A DNA stretch of 64,000 bases from the human T2T-CHM13v2.0 reference genome, Homo sapiens. Made by a program: the position numbers and the translations under genes. The notes under the pieces are model-generated. The model worked only from the letters and a program-made list of their open reading frames with translations, was not told the DNA's origin and did no database searches. The stretch lies in the NCBI RefSeq assembly GCF_009914755.1, contig NC_060932.1; one strand, 5' to 3'. This document shows positions 18,305 through 36,155 of this stretch, piece after piece (the stretch's first letter is position 1; each line of letters starts with the position of its first letter).

Positions 18305-21300
18305 TGAGTAGCCAGGATTACAGGAACCCGCCATCATGCCCGGCTAATTTTTGTATTTTTGTAGATACGAGATTTCACCATGTTGGCCAGGCTGATCTTG
18401 AACGCCTGACCTCAGGTGATCTGCCCAACTTGGCCTCCCAAAATGCTGGCATTACAGGTGTGCCACCATGCCTGCCCTTAATTCATTTCTAAATCACAAA
18501 ATCTAAACAGTAAGTGGATAGGAGCTACCATAGTGTACAAGGCAGCTGTAGAATCACAGGAAATTGTCAATGACCCTGTCCTGCTTCAAGTTGACTTTTC
18601 TCCCTCATGGTGAGACTCTAGATTCTTTCCTCTTCTCTCACATTTTTTAGACTTTCAGGCTTAGACCATGAAAATAAGTTCTGTCCTTCCAAGAAAATAA
18701 CGTTCATAACACTTACTGTATACCAGGCTGATTTCAGTGCTTTACATGTATTAATTTACAACAACTCTGAGGCACAAGCTGTGATTATGCCCATTTAACA
18801 GATGACAAAACTGAGGCACAAAGCAGTGCTGGAACTTCTCAAAGTCACACAGGTAGCAGGAGGCAGAGCTCGGATTTGAACTCACTTTGGGTTCAGCAAC
18901 TCACAGCTCTCACCTATGACATAATATTACTTCTGTGGTTAAAACACTTAGACCTGGATTTTACAGGAATCTTGTGCTTGCCTGGCTGCTAGGGAGGTTT
19001 TCATCATCTTCCTTATCTCACAGTTCAAAACCCAGGGCCTCCAAGCTCTTGCTACGGTGGCTGTTCACTGGCAGGAGGCTTCTGGGAAGGTTCTCCTTTT
19101 CTGTCATTTTTCTTATTCGTCTTTTTTTGTCTCATTGGTGTTTATTCGCAGAACTTTGTTTCCTTCTGCTCAATTCATAATCAGAGTGCTTTTCCTCCTG
19201 GCTGAATTCATAAGTGTTTGTGCAAAAAGAGGTTGGCGCAGAGCCAGGCGACTGACGACACCCGGCTCATCTGGCAAGTGGATATCAAATTGTTGTATCT
19301 CGTTCTGCCATTCACAGCTCCTGCTGTGGGGCTGGGTCATCTGCCAGCTCTCCAAGGAGCTGGCGGGAAACCGCTGCAATCAGAGCGAACCCAGGGCCCG
19401 GGTGAGCCCGCCTCCGCACAGCACTCCAGCTGCCCCCAGTGCCTTTTGGGGACACATGTGCTTTGCCAGGCAGGGCTGTGGGAGGGCCGCCTGTCTCCTG
19501 TCCATCACAGGGAAAACCTACCCTTGTCCCGCGTCCCTTCCAGGCAGCCTGTGTGGAGCTTGCTGCATTCACCTTTAATATGGCTAAAATGTTTTCCTTC
19601 AATGACAGTAATGCTGCCAGAACCCATCAAGACACCCAGGAACTGATGTGCCTTGGCAGATGATGCTGGAAAAATGGGATTCCCGGCAGCCTTTGCATCC
19701 CTTGCTCACAGCCCACAAGCATCTCCACTGTCCAGCAGGTCAGGGCACGGTCTCTCTCTCTAGCTCTGTGTCTCTCTCTCACGGTCTTTCTCATGGTCTC
19801 TGTCTCTCACGATCTCTCTCTCTCATAGTCAGGGCAGAAAGAGAGAGAGTCCATCTGGAGCAGACTCGGATTTTAAATGAGTGCCACCGATAATTTAACA
19901 CGATCAATGGCTGAGGTATTTCACCAAGTTCAGGAGTCCCAGTTCTCAGAGAGAGGCAGCCAGCCATGACTGTAAGACCTGGGCAAACCGTACAAACCAG
20001 ACAGCAGGTCTCACCGCTCCCCAGAGAGCTCCAGAGAATATCAAAGAGTGAAACAGCAGAGGGATGGTCTGGGTGGGGTCATCGTGGCTGGCAAGGGCCT
20101 GTGACAGCACCTTGTTAGGCTACTCCCAAGAGGAAATTTGGAGAGAGGGTGGGAGGGCGGCTCTCAGTGCAAGCTAAGTCTCCTGGAAAGTAACTTCCAA
20201 GCTTTGGAGGATTGTGAGCAAGATGGGACCAACTTCTACCTAAAAGCAACTTCTACCTGAAAGAATGTTAATAGCAAGATAACTCATCCTAATGTTGGTC
20301 CAAGCTAGGTCTTTATTATGTATCATAAAGGCTCTGAGAATAACAATGTAACCTCCAAAAGGGCTGCGGGCTTTGAGGAATCTCAGGCAACTCGCTTCCT
20401 TCTGCTCAGTGACTCCCGTGGAGCACAGCAAAGCAAGGAAACACTTAGAGCCAAGCTTGAGTTCTGAATTTCAAATACAGGGAGTCCATCTCTTTCTACC
20501 CAACTGTTCCCTAGATGAGTAACTAACTCCTTCCCCATAACTGCACATATTTCCTACCAAAGCACAAGAGCGATGGGCTGTCCATGAGCCTCCCCAAAAC
20601 ATGTGCACCTTGTGACATAAATTCTGTCACCCAAAGAGACCAGACAAAATGCAAAACCAAAGTGGAGCCTTTCCTTGAATTATAGGTTCTAAAGAGTTTT
20701 GGACCCTCTACAAAACCCAAGAGTTAGGAATTGCCTGTAAGAAGCACCAGCTCTTGTTTTAAAGAGGCAATTTAAGAATAATAGCCATGCTGATGCCACA
20801 CTATGCTAAGGGAGAATAATGAACCTAACAAAACAAGCGATTTTCCAATTGCTTTTGCTGCTGGAAACACTGATTATGCTAATTAAAGGGTAGAATAGTA
20901 AATAGCCACTCTTTTGCATCCAATTAAGTGTTCAGATTATTTCTCAGAAGTATTTGTTAAAAATAGCATTTCTGATAATCATGGGTCCCAAATAAACAGA
21001 GTCAAGTGCGGTGTGGTACATGTGTGAGTGTGTGTGTGTGCACACGTGTCTTTCTGGAGCTCATTTTATGGAGATCCAGCATAGCTCCCCAAATTCCTGT
21101 GAGAACAAATAAGAAAAATCACAGTCTTCTAAGACTACAGCTTGGGATATCTTTGGAAAAGGTGTGTATTGAGAACACAGCATATGGAAACTATTTCACG
21201 TTGGCAATGTCTGTGATTTAACATTGCAAATATTACAAATGAAACTGGTTCTTCAGAGTCACCTAAGTCCCTCATAATGGCAATATTAGCTTCTTCTAAA

Positions 21301-24300
21301 TAATAAATTAGCCAGTCAAACTATGTTCTACAGCATGTTAGAAGTTTCATCCTTCTAGTCAATGTCACATTTCAAGACAAAGTCGATTTATATGTAAATT
21401 AAAAGAAGTGCTGTCACTAAAAGTTGAGAATTATGTCTAATGCCAATCAGAAATGGAATAAATAAGTATTAGAGGATTTGCAAGTGAAAGCAACCATAGA
21501 AATGCTATCATCAGGAAGGAAAATGTATTACCTGCAGAGGTTACAGATAAGACGTTAGAACCCAGAAGAGAAAGAATCTCTGTAAATATTTCCATTAAGT
21601 TAATCAAGAGTGGCTGGGTATGGTGGCTCATGCCTGTAATCCCAGGACTTTGGGAGGCCAAAGAGGGCAGATCACGAGGTCAGGAGTTCGAGACCAGCCT
21701 GGCCAACATGGTGAAACACTGTCTCTATTAAAAATACAAAAAATTAGCCGGGCGTTGTGGTATACACCTGTAATCCCAGCTACCCAGGAGGCTGAGGCAG
21801 GAGAATTGGTTTAATCCAGAAGGCAGAGGTTTCAGCTAGCTGAGATCACACCATTGCACTCCAGCCTGGGTGACAGATCATGGCTCCATTTTGAAAAAAA
21901 AAAAAAAAGAAAGAAAGAAAGAAAGTTAATCAGGGTGAGAATAGGATGAGTTTTTCACCCACAAAAAGACATGAGATTCATGCATTCTTTCAACATGCAT
22001 TCCATCAATAGTGAGCACCTGCTCTGAGCTAGGCCCATTCCAGGTCTCAGGAAATGAGTAACCAACCAGACACGGCCCCTGATTTGGAGCTCACATTTTA
22101 GAGCAGCTAAATGGACAGTAAACAAGTAAGCAAATTAAGATCGTCTTAAATTGGGGGAAGTTCTTTAGAGAAGCACTTCCATAAAGCTGAATCGCATCAT
22201 AGACTATGACTGCCAGGTGGTAGGGAAGGTAATATCTCACCTGCTTGTGGATAGCAGAGCTTCTGAGGCCTTGCAAAGTATTTAGTACTAAGATTTCTGT
22301 CTTAGGTCAAGTTCCCTAAAAGCAGAGACTGAGGCAGGGATTGAGTGCATGTAATTCATTCAGGAAGAAGTCTCAGGAGATAGGAGTAAGGAAAACAGGA
22401 TATGGCAGGAAAGGAGCTAAGTGAGATGTGGTCTCAGCTGGAGACTGGCTCCAGTCTGATCTCACAGGGAGCTCCAGAGGATGAACTGCACCACCATGTT
22501 ATCCCAGCCTAAGGTCTTTTGTTCTCCTGTGTCAGCCGGTCCTTGGCCAAGGGCTGCAGACTCTCTTGGGGCCCCAGCAGACCGGAGGAGAAGGAGCATG
22601 CTCTGTGGTCTACTCTTTTGTGCACATCCACCCACCACTTCCCCAGCTGACACTGCTGGAGGAGAAGAGGGAGAGATGTCATCTCCTTCTATGGCAACCT
22701 GTGGGGTGGCAATGGCCCTTTTCCTGTTGGGTGTAATCTGCTGCCATCTCCTGCTGTCTGCAGCCTGACACAGAAGGGTGAATGTCACCAGGTTCCACTG
22801 ACAGGGGTCTTTGTCTCAAGCAGCAACCATAGGACCGAGGGTCCCTTGCAAGATTCAGCCACATTTCATGACTGTCTGCAACACACCCCATGCCTCTGAT
22901 GGAAGGAACCCAATGCCCCATGCAGCACTCATTTCTGCCAGACTAGAGTCCCTGATCTCAATTTCCCTCTGCAGTCCCCAACTCTGGGGTCTGCAGACAG
23001 ATTTCAGATCCCTCCTTATACCTCCCAGGAGGCAGAAGCCAGAGGAAATAATCCTTGTCCCAATGCACCTGACCATGCCACCTCACTGCATGCTCTTTCT
23101 CCCTCTCCAGGAAAAATCAAGCTGGTTGAATACTAACCAATATGCCCACATGCATTTAGTCCCCATAACCACTTCTTGGGGCAGCATTACCATCCCCAAG
23201 TTACAGACGAGGAAACTGAGGAGAACATTTATATAACATGCATCTAAGTGGTGGACAAAGGATCTAACCAGGCCGTGTGGCACCAGAGCACACATTTTTG
23301 TTGTTCAGAGAGATGGGGTCTCTCTCTGTCCCTCAAATTGGAGTGCAGTGGCCTGATCATAGCTCAGTGCAGGCTTGAACTCCCAAGCTCCAGCAGTCTT
23401 CCCGCCTCAGCCTCCCGAGTAGCTGGGACTAGAGGCATTCACCACCAACCCAGCTAATTTTTAAAAAACATTTTTCTAGAGATAGGGTCTGATTCCAAAC
23501 TCCTGACTTCAAGCGATCTTCCTGCCTCAGCCTCCCAAAGTGCTGATATTACAGTTGTGAGCCCCCGCGTCCAGCCCAGAGCAGATTTTTTTTTTTTTTT
23601 TTTTTTGAGATGGAGTCTCACTCTGTCACCCAGGCTGAAGTGCAGTGGCAAAATCTCGGCCCAGAGCACACTTTTAACCACCATATCATTCTGCCTCTGG
23701 GTAGGTTAGTCAAGCTCTGTAGCTGATCAGATGTCTGTAGAGAGAAAGAGACATCAATCTCCCCTTCTTCCAAACACCCCCAAATTTTACAAGTGATTTT
23801 CTCAGATCCCTCAGCATCAGGAATGGGGATGTGCAGGGCAGCCTGTCCCCTTCCCAACAGCCCAGCAGATATCCCAAGATTACATCTCATTGGCTCTGAC
23901 TAGGACATGAGCCCAAAGCTGAACCAGTAGCTGTAGCCATGGCATGCAGCATCCTCGGTCCTCTGGCCAGGCCAGAGCTACATCCCACCTCTGGATCCCC
24001 GGGTTGAGTCAATAATCTCCAACCAGGCGCGGACTGAAGCTCAAGGGGGAGTCATAGTAATGTGACCCAGCCCACCAGGAAGTGGGTGCTGAGCAGGCAA
24101 GCATTCATCACCCACTGCACACACCAGGGAAGGCTTGTGGTGGCTTAGTCCCACCTGGGGGCAAAGAAAAGAGTGCCTGCTCCATGCCAAAACGTGATGC
24201 CCAACACCGTATCTTAAAGCTAGCTGGCTTTGTAATCCCTGCTACTTGGAAGGCTGAGGCAGGAGAACCACTTGAATCCAGGAGGCGGAGGTTTCAGTGA

Positions 24301-24741
24301 GCCAAGATCACGCCAGTGCGCTCCAGCATGGGTGATAAGAGAGAAATTCTGTTTCCAAAAAAAATAAAAATAAAAATAAAAAAATAAAAAGCTAGCCTGC
24401 TTAATCCTCACAAAGATGCCATCTACTTTTTGGCATTCTAGATGTAGAAACACTGAGACGCTGAGAAACTCACCACCAGCCGGGAACGGTGTCTCATGCC
24501 TGTAATCCCAGCACTTTGAGAGGCTGAGGCAGGAGAATTAGTTGAACCCAAGAGTTCAGGACCAGCCTGGGCAAATTAGCGAGACCTCATCTCTACAAAT
24601 ATTAAAAAAAAAAAAAAAAATTAGGGCTAGGCGCGGTGGCTCACACATGTAATCCCAGCACTTTGGGAGGCCAAGGCAAGTGGATCACTTCAGCCCAGGG
24701 ATTCGAAACCAGCCTGGCCAACACGACACAACTCTATCTCA

Positions 24742-24879
<138 letters not shown>

Positions 24880-25042
24880 CTAAGTGACAGAGTGAGACCG
24901 TGTCTCAAAAACAACAAAAAAAAATATTGGTGTGGTGTCACATGCCTGTTGCCCCAGCTGCTCAAGAGGCTGAGGTAGCAGGATCACTTAAGGCCCGAAG
25001 TTCAAGGGTGCAATGAGCTATGATTGTACCCCTGCACCACAA

Positions 25043-25870
25043 TGTATACATATATGTGTATGTGTACACACACACATATACATGTGTATGTATATATGCG
25101 TGTGTACACACACACACATATACATGTGTATGTATATATGCGTGTGTACACACACACATATACATGTGTATGTATATATGCGTGTGTACACACACACATA
25201 TACATGTGTATGTATATATGCGTGTGTACACACACACATATACATGTGTATGTATATATGCGTGTGTACACACACACATATACATGTGTATGTATATATG
25301 CGTGTGTACACACACACACATATACATGTGTATGTATATATGCGTGTGTACACACACACATAGACATGTGTATGTATATATGCGTGTGTACACACACACA
25401 CATATACATGTGTATGTATATATGCGTGTGTACACACACACATATACATATGTATATATGCGTGTGTACACACACACATATACATGTGTATGTATATATG
25501 CGTGTGTACACACACACATATACATGTGTATGTATATATGCGTGTGTACACACACACATATACATGTGTATGTGTATATGCGTGTGTACACACACACACA
25601 TATACATGTGTATGTATGTGTGTGTACACACACATATACATGTGTATGTATATATGTATGTGTACACACACATATACATGTGTATGTATATATGTATGTG
25701 AGTATATGTACACATATATACATGTGTATGTATATATGTGTGTATATATACACATATATACATGTATATGTATATATGTGTATATATACACACATACATA
25801 TATACATGTACATATGTGTATATATATGTGTGTATATATATATGTGTATATATATAAAAAACACACATGC
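25043..25870. repeat. Alternating purine/pyrimidine minisatellite with a unit of about 40 bp
   Basis: Unit cgtgtgtacacacacacatatacatgtgtatgtatatatg is repeated roughly 14 times, then decays to a TA/CA/TG mix. Confidence 0.95.
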
Positions 25871-26230
25871 ACAAATTCACCACCACCAACTCAGAAATTA
25901 CCGTCTCCTTCTATTCTAAGGAACTATTTTTCATATTGCCATCTCTGTAGTTGTAATACACCTTACAATCACTGGAATGTCACGGTCTCATTGGCAGCAT
26001 TTTTCTGCTCAGTAGCCCATAAAATAATAGTACATCTTGTAACTAACAGTGTTGTAGATGCTATGAGATCCTGGGGAAGCCCAGAATCTAACTCCACCCT
26101 GTCTGACTCCAAAGACCACATATTTCCTACACCTTTGGACAGGGGCACAGATGTAGACAACTCGAGCTTTGCTGATTGTGAGAAAGGTATGACAAATGGC
26201 CCTGATGGAATTTTCTTCTTGTACTTACAG

Positions 26231-26856
26231 GGGAACAGAGCGGCATCATTCCACTATTCCAGGGGAGGTGCTAAATATGAGGGTGAGGCTGTCAAGTGGT
26301 CCCTGGTGGATTCCTACACTCACCCAAGCAGCAACGAGACAGAGCGGAAGGAGAACATCGATACCGTCATGAACTGGTTCACCAAGGAAGACTTTGACTT
26401 TGTGGCTCTGTGCTACAGAGAGCCAGATAACGTGGGACATCGATTCGGGCCAGAGGCAGAGAAAAGGAAGTTGATGATTCAGCAAATCGACAGGACCATC
26501 GGGTATCTGGTGGGAGCCACTGAGAAGCACAGCCTGCAGAGCACCTCAGCGTCATCATTACATGAGACCGTGGGATGACCACCGTAAAGAAGAGACCCAA
26601 TGTCAACAAGATCCCCTTGTCCAACTACGTCAAGTTCAGGGACCTGGTCAAGTTTGATATTGTGCGCTACGGTGGCTTTGGGATGCCCCTGCCCAAGTTG
26701 GGGCAAGAGGAAGCCCTTTACCAGGCACTGAAGAATGCGCACCGTCACCTCCACGTCTACAAGAAGGAGGAGTTTCCAGAACACTTCCATATCGCTAAAC
26801 ATGACCGGGTTCTGCCAATCGTGATGTATGCCAACTCTGGTTACAGTATCAATGGG
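26231..26856 (+). pseudogene. ENPP7-like (alkaline sphingomyelinase family) unprocessed pseudo-exon, ENPP7P-type
   Basis: Splice borders ttacag| and |gtaag. Translation ENIDTVMNWFTKEDFDF...EPDNVGHRFGPE...HLHVYKKEEFPEHFH matches the large central exon of ENPP7. 1-nt frameshift near 26540 and TGA at 26563-26565 within the T-S-D-H-G metal motif. Confidence 0.9.
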
Positions 26857-26935
26857 GTAAGTTCATTCTAAAATGAATAAAGTCACCTTAGATCTAGGAG
26901 ACAACCATTAGGGAAGGGTGGTTCTGCAAAAATCA

Positions 26936-27223
<288 letters not shown>

Positions 27224-27235
27224 CTATCTCAAAAA

Positions 27236-27360
27236 AATATAATATAATATAATATAATATAATATAATATAATATAATATAATATAATATAATATAACAT
27301 AACATAACATAACATAACATAACATAACATAACATAACAAAACAAAACAAAATAAAATAA
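27236..27360. repeat. Compound pentanucleotide microsatellite (AATAT)n(AACAT)n(AAAAC)n in an Alu tail
   Basis: Read directly at the 3' end of the Alu starting near 26950. Confidence 0.95.
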
Positions 27361-28241
27361 GTGCACACACTATGAGTTGTAGCCCACAGGGTCCTAAAGG
27401 TTCCCCACCCCCCGCCCAACCAATGCTGCTCCAAGTTACCGTTATACAAGATTAATGACCAATTCAACTTGATAAGGCTGATTTAAAAATAAAAATAAGG
27501 CTGGCCATGGTGGTTCACACCTGTAATCTCAGTGTTTTGGGAGGCCAAGACAGGAGGATTGCTTAAGGCCAGGAGTTCAAGACCAGCCCAAGCAACAAAG
27601 GGAGACGTCATCTCTACAAAAAACTAACAAATAAATAAATAGCCAGACATGGCGATGCATGCCTGTAGTCCCAGCTACTCAGGAGGCTGAGGTGGCAGGA
27701 TTTCTTGAACCCAGGAGGTCAATCCTGCACTAAGCTGTGATTGCACTACTGCACTCCAGCTTGAGCAACAGAGCAAGACCCCGTCTCTAAAAAATAAATA
27801 AACAAATAATAAAAAATAAACACCAACTTCATTATTCAAAACTGTGCACAGCGCTTCACTAAACATTGAACAGCAGTTCTTTCATTTTTGTCGTCCCAAC
27901 AACCCTATAAAATAGATGCTCTTAGTTCCGCCATTTTAAAGAAGAAATCAAAACGTAGAGAGAAGTGACTTGAGATTAAAAATGTAAGGTTGGGCTGGGT
28001 GCAGTGGCTCACACCTGTAATCCCAGCACTTTAGAAGGCTAACGTTGGTACATTGCTTGAGCCCAGGAGTTTGAGACCAGCCTAGGCAACACAGTGAAAC
28101 ACCATCTCTACGAAAAATGCAAAAAATGTAGCTGGGCGTAGTGGCACGTGCCTGTGGTCCCAGCAACTCAGGAGGCTGAGGTGGGAGAACTGCTCGAGCC
28201 CGGGGGTGTTGAGTCTGCAGTGAGCCATGATCACGCCACTG

Positions 28242-30079
28242 TGAGATAGGAGGCAGGACTTGACGACACAGGCAGGGCTTGGACACCAGACCAAATTAAG
28301 GACTACCTAAAACAGGGCTGGGGCAGAAGAAGCTTTCCATCAGACATGCCCACCAGTGTGCCATGTGAGTTTACTATTGCCAAGGCAACACCAGGGAGTT
28401 ACTGCCCCTTTCCATGGCAATGACCCAATGACTCAAAAGTTACTACCCATTTTCTAGAAATTCCTGCATAAACTGCCCTTTAATCTGCATGCAATTAAAA
28501 GTGAGTATAAATGTGATTGCAAACTCTCTGCCGCTACTCTCTGCCACCAGGGTAGCCCTGCCCTACAGGAGCAGTCACAGGGCTGTAATGCTGCCTCTTC
28601 AATAAAGCTGTTTTCTTCTAAACCTCCGGCTTGCCCTTGAATTCTTTCCTGGGTAAAGACAAGAACCCTCAAGTGCTATTGAGAGGTGACAGCATGCTAG
28701 CAGCCCTCGCGCTCACTCTCGGCGCCTCCTCTGCCTGGGCTCCCACTTTGGTGGCACTTGAGGAGCCCTTCAGTGCACCGCTGCACTGTGGGAGCCCCTT
28801 CCTGGGCTGGTGGAGGCTGGAGCCGGCTCCCTCAGTTTGCGGGGAGGTGTAGAGGGAGAGGCGCGGGCAGGAACTTGGACTGGGCACGGCGCTTGTGGGC
28901 CAGTGCGAGTTCCGGGTGGGTATGGGCTCACTGGGCCCTGCACTCGGAGTGGCTCACCGGCCCCGATGGACCCGGGCAGTGAGGGGCTTAGCACCTGGGC
29001 CAGCAGCTGCTTTGCTCAATTTCTCACTGGGCCTTAGCTGCTTCCCTGCAGGGCAGGGCTCGGGACATGCAGCCCGCCATGCCTGAGACTCCACCCAACC
29101 CGCCGTGGGCTCCTGCGCGACCTGAGCCTCCCCGATGAGTACCGAGCCTCCCTGACGACCACAGCCCCCTGCTCCAGGGCACCCAGTCCCTTCGACCACC
29201 CAAGGGCTGAGGAGTGCCAGCACAGGGCACGGGACTGGCAGGCAGCTCACCTGCGGCCCCCGTGTGGGACCCACTTGCTGAAGCCAGCTGGGCTCCTGAG
29301 TCTGGTGGGGACTTTGAGAACCTTTATGTCTAGCTAAGGGATTGTAAATACACAAATTGTCACTCTGTATCTAGCTCAAGGTTTGTAAACACACCAATCA
29401 GCACCCTGTGTCTAGCTCAGGGTTTGTGAATGCACCAGTCGACACTCTGTATCTAGCTAATCTAGTAGGGATTTGGTGACCTTTTGTGTCTAGCTCAGGG
29501 ACTGTAAATGTACCAATCAGCACCCTGTCAAAACAGACCAATCGGCTCACTGTAAAATGGACCAATCAGCAGGATGTGGGTGGGGCCAGAGAAGGGAGTA
29601 AAAGCAGGCTGCCCCAGCCAGCAGTGGCAACACACTGGGGTCCCTTTCCACACTGTGGAAGCTTTGTTCTTTTGCTCTTTGCAATAAATCTTGCTGCTGC
29701 TCACTCTTTGGGTCCACACTGCCTTTATGAGCTGTAACACTCACCTCGAAGGTCTGCAGCTTCACTCCTGAAGCCAGCGAGACTATGAACCCACCGGGAG
29801 GAACAAACAACTCCAGACGCCCCACCTTAAGAGTTGTAACACTCACCTTGAAGGTCTGCAGCTTCACTCCTGAAGCCAGCGAGACCACAAAACCACCAGA
29901 AGGAAGAAACTCTGAACACATCCGAGCATCAGAAGGAACAAACTCTGGACACGCAGCCTTTAAGAACTGTGACACTCACCGCGAGGGTCCGCGGCTTCTT
30001 TCTTGAAGTCAGTGAGACCAAGAACCCACCAGTTCCGGACACACTATGCTCCACTTCGGGGCTCCCCTGCCCTGCGTCA
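28242..30079 (+). mobile_element. ERV1 solo LTR (MER41-group-like), split by LTR12
   Basis: Ends tgagatagg...ccctgcgtca, internal TATA and AATAAA, 4-bp TSD ACTG (28238-28241 and 30080-30083). Subfamily is uncertain. Confidence 0.75.
28680..30043 (+). mobile_element. LTR12 (ERV9) solo LTR, LTR12C/D-like
   Basis: Starts tgagaggtgacagc, has a CpG-rich U3, tandem tctagct/CCAAT repeats, cttcactcctgaagccagcgagac repeats, and ends ccggacaca. TSD CTAT at 28676-28679 and 30044-30047. Confidence 0.93.
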
Positions 30080-30259
30080 ACTGCACTCTGGCCTGGGTGG
30101 CAGAGAGAGAGACCCTATCTTTAAAAAAAGAAAGAATGTAAGGTTAAGTGCTGCCCCCAAGCCTGAGTGGCTGATCATTATACAGAGTACACGAAGATCA
30201 CCAAAAACGTCACCACAGAGGCCCCCTGCCGCTGGTTCTCATTTGCCCATATCAAAAAA

Positions 30260-36155
<5,896 letters not shown>

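Larger units (their letters stand above)
27993..30134 (+). mobile_element. AluJ-like element split by nested LTRs (27993-28241 and 30080-30134)
   Basis: The Alu breaks at cacgccactg and resumes at actgcactctggcctggg. TSD AATGTAAGGTT at 27981-27991 and 30135-30145. Confidence 0.88.

Noticed and set aside
18935-19893. Non-repetitive stretch with overlapping ORFs, possibly further ENPP7-like exons or lncRNA exons
   Set aside because: No convincing protein motif or exon structure could be recognised by eye; a homology search is needed.
25043-25620. Regular 40-bp repeats as a possible CRISPR-like array (also the 52-bp and 49-bp repeats)
   Set aside because: There are no unique spacers or cas genes, and the context is primate DNA; these are ordinary VNTRs.
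24962-25919. Six ORFs of 116-300 aa rich in Y/I/H/T/C/V/M
   Set aside because: Alternating purine/pyrimidine repeats cannot contain stop codons, so these are an artefact of the minisatellite.
25484-26578. 364-aa ORF fusing repeat-derived sequence to an ENPP7-like domain
   Set aside because: Chance read-through from the minisatellite and intron into the pseudo-exon; the real boundary is the acceptor at 26230.
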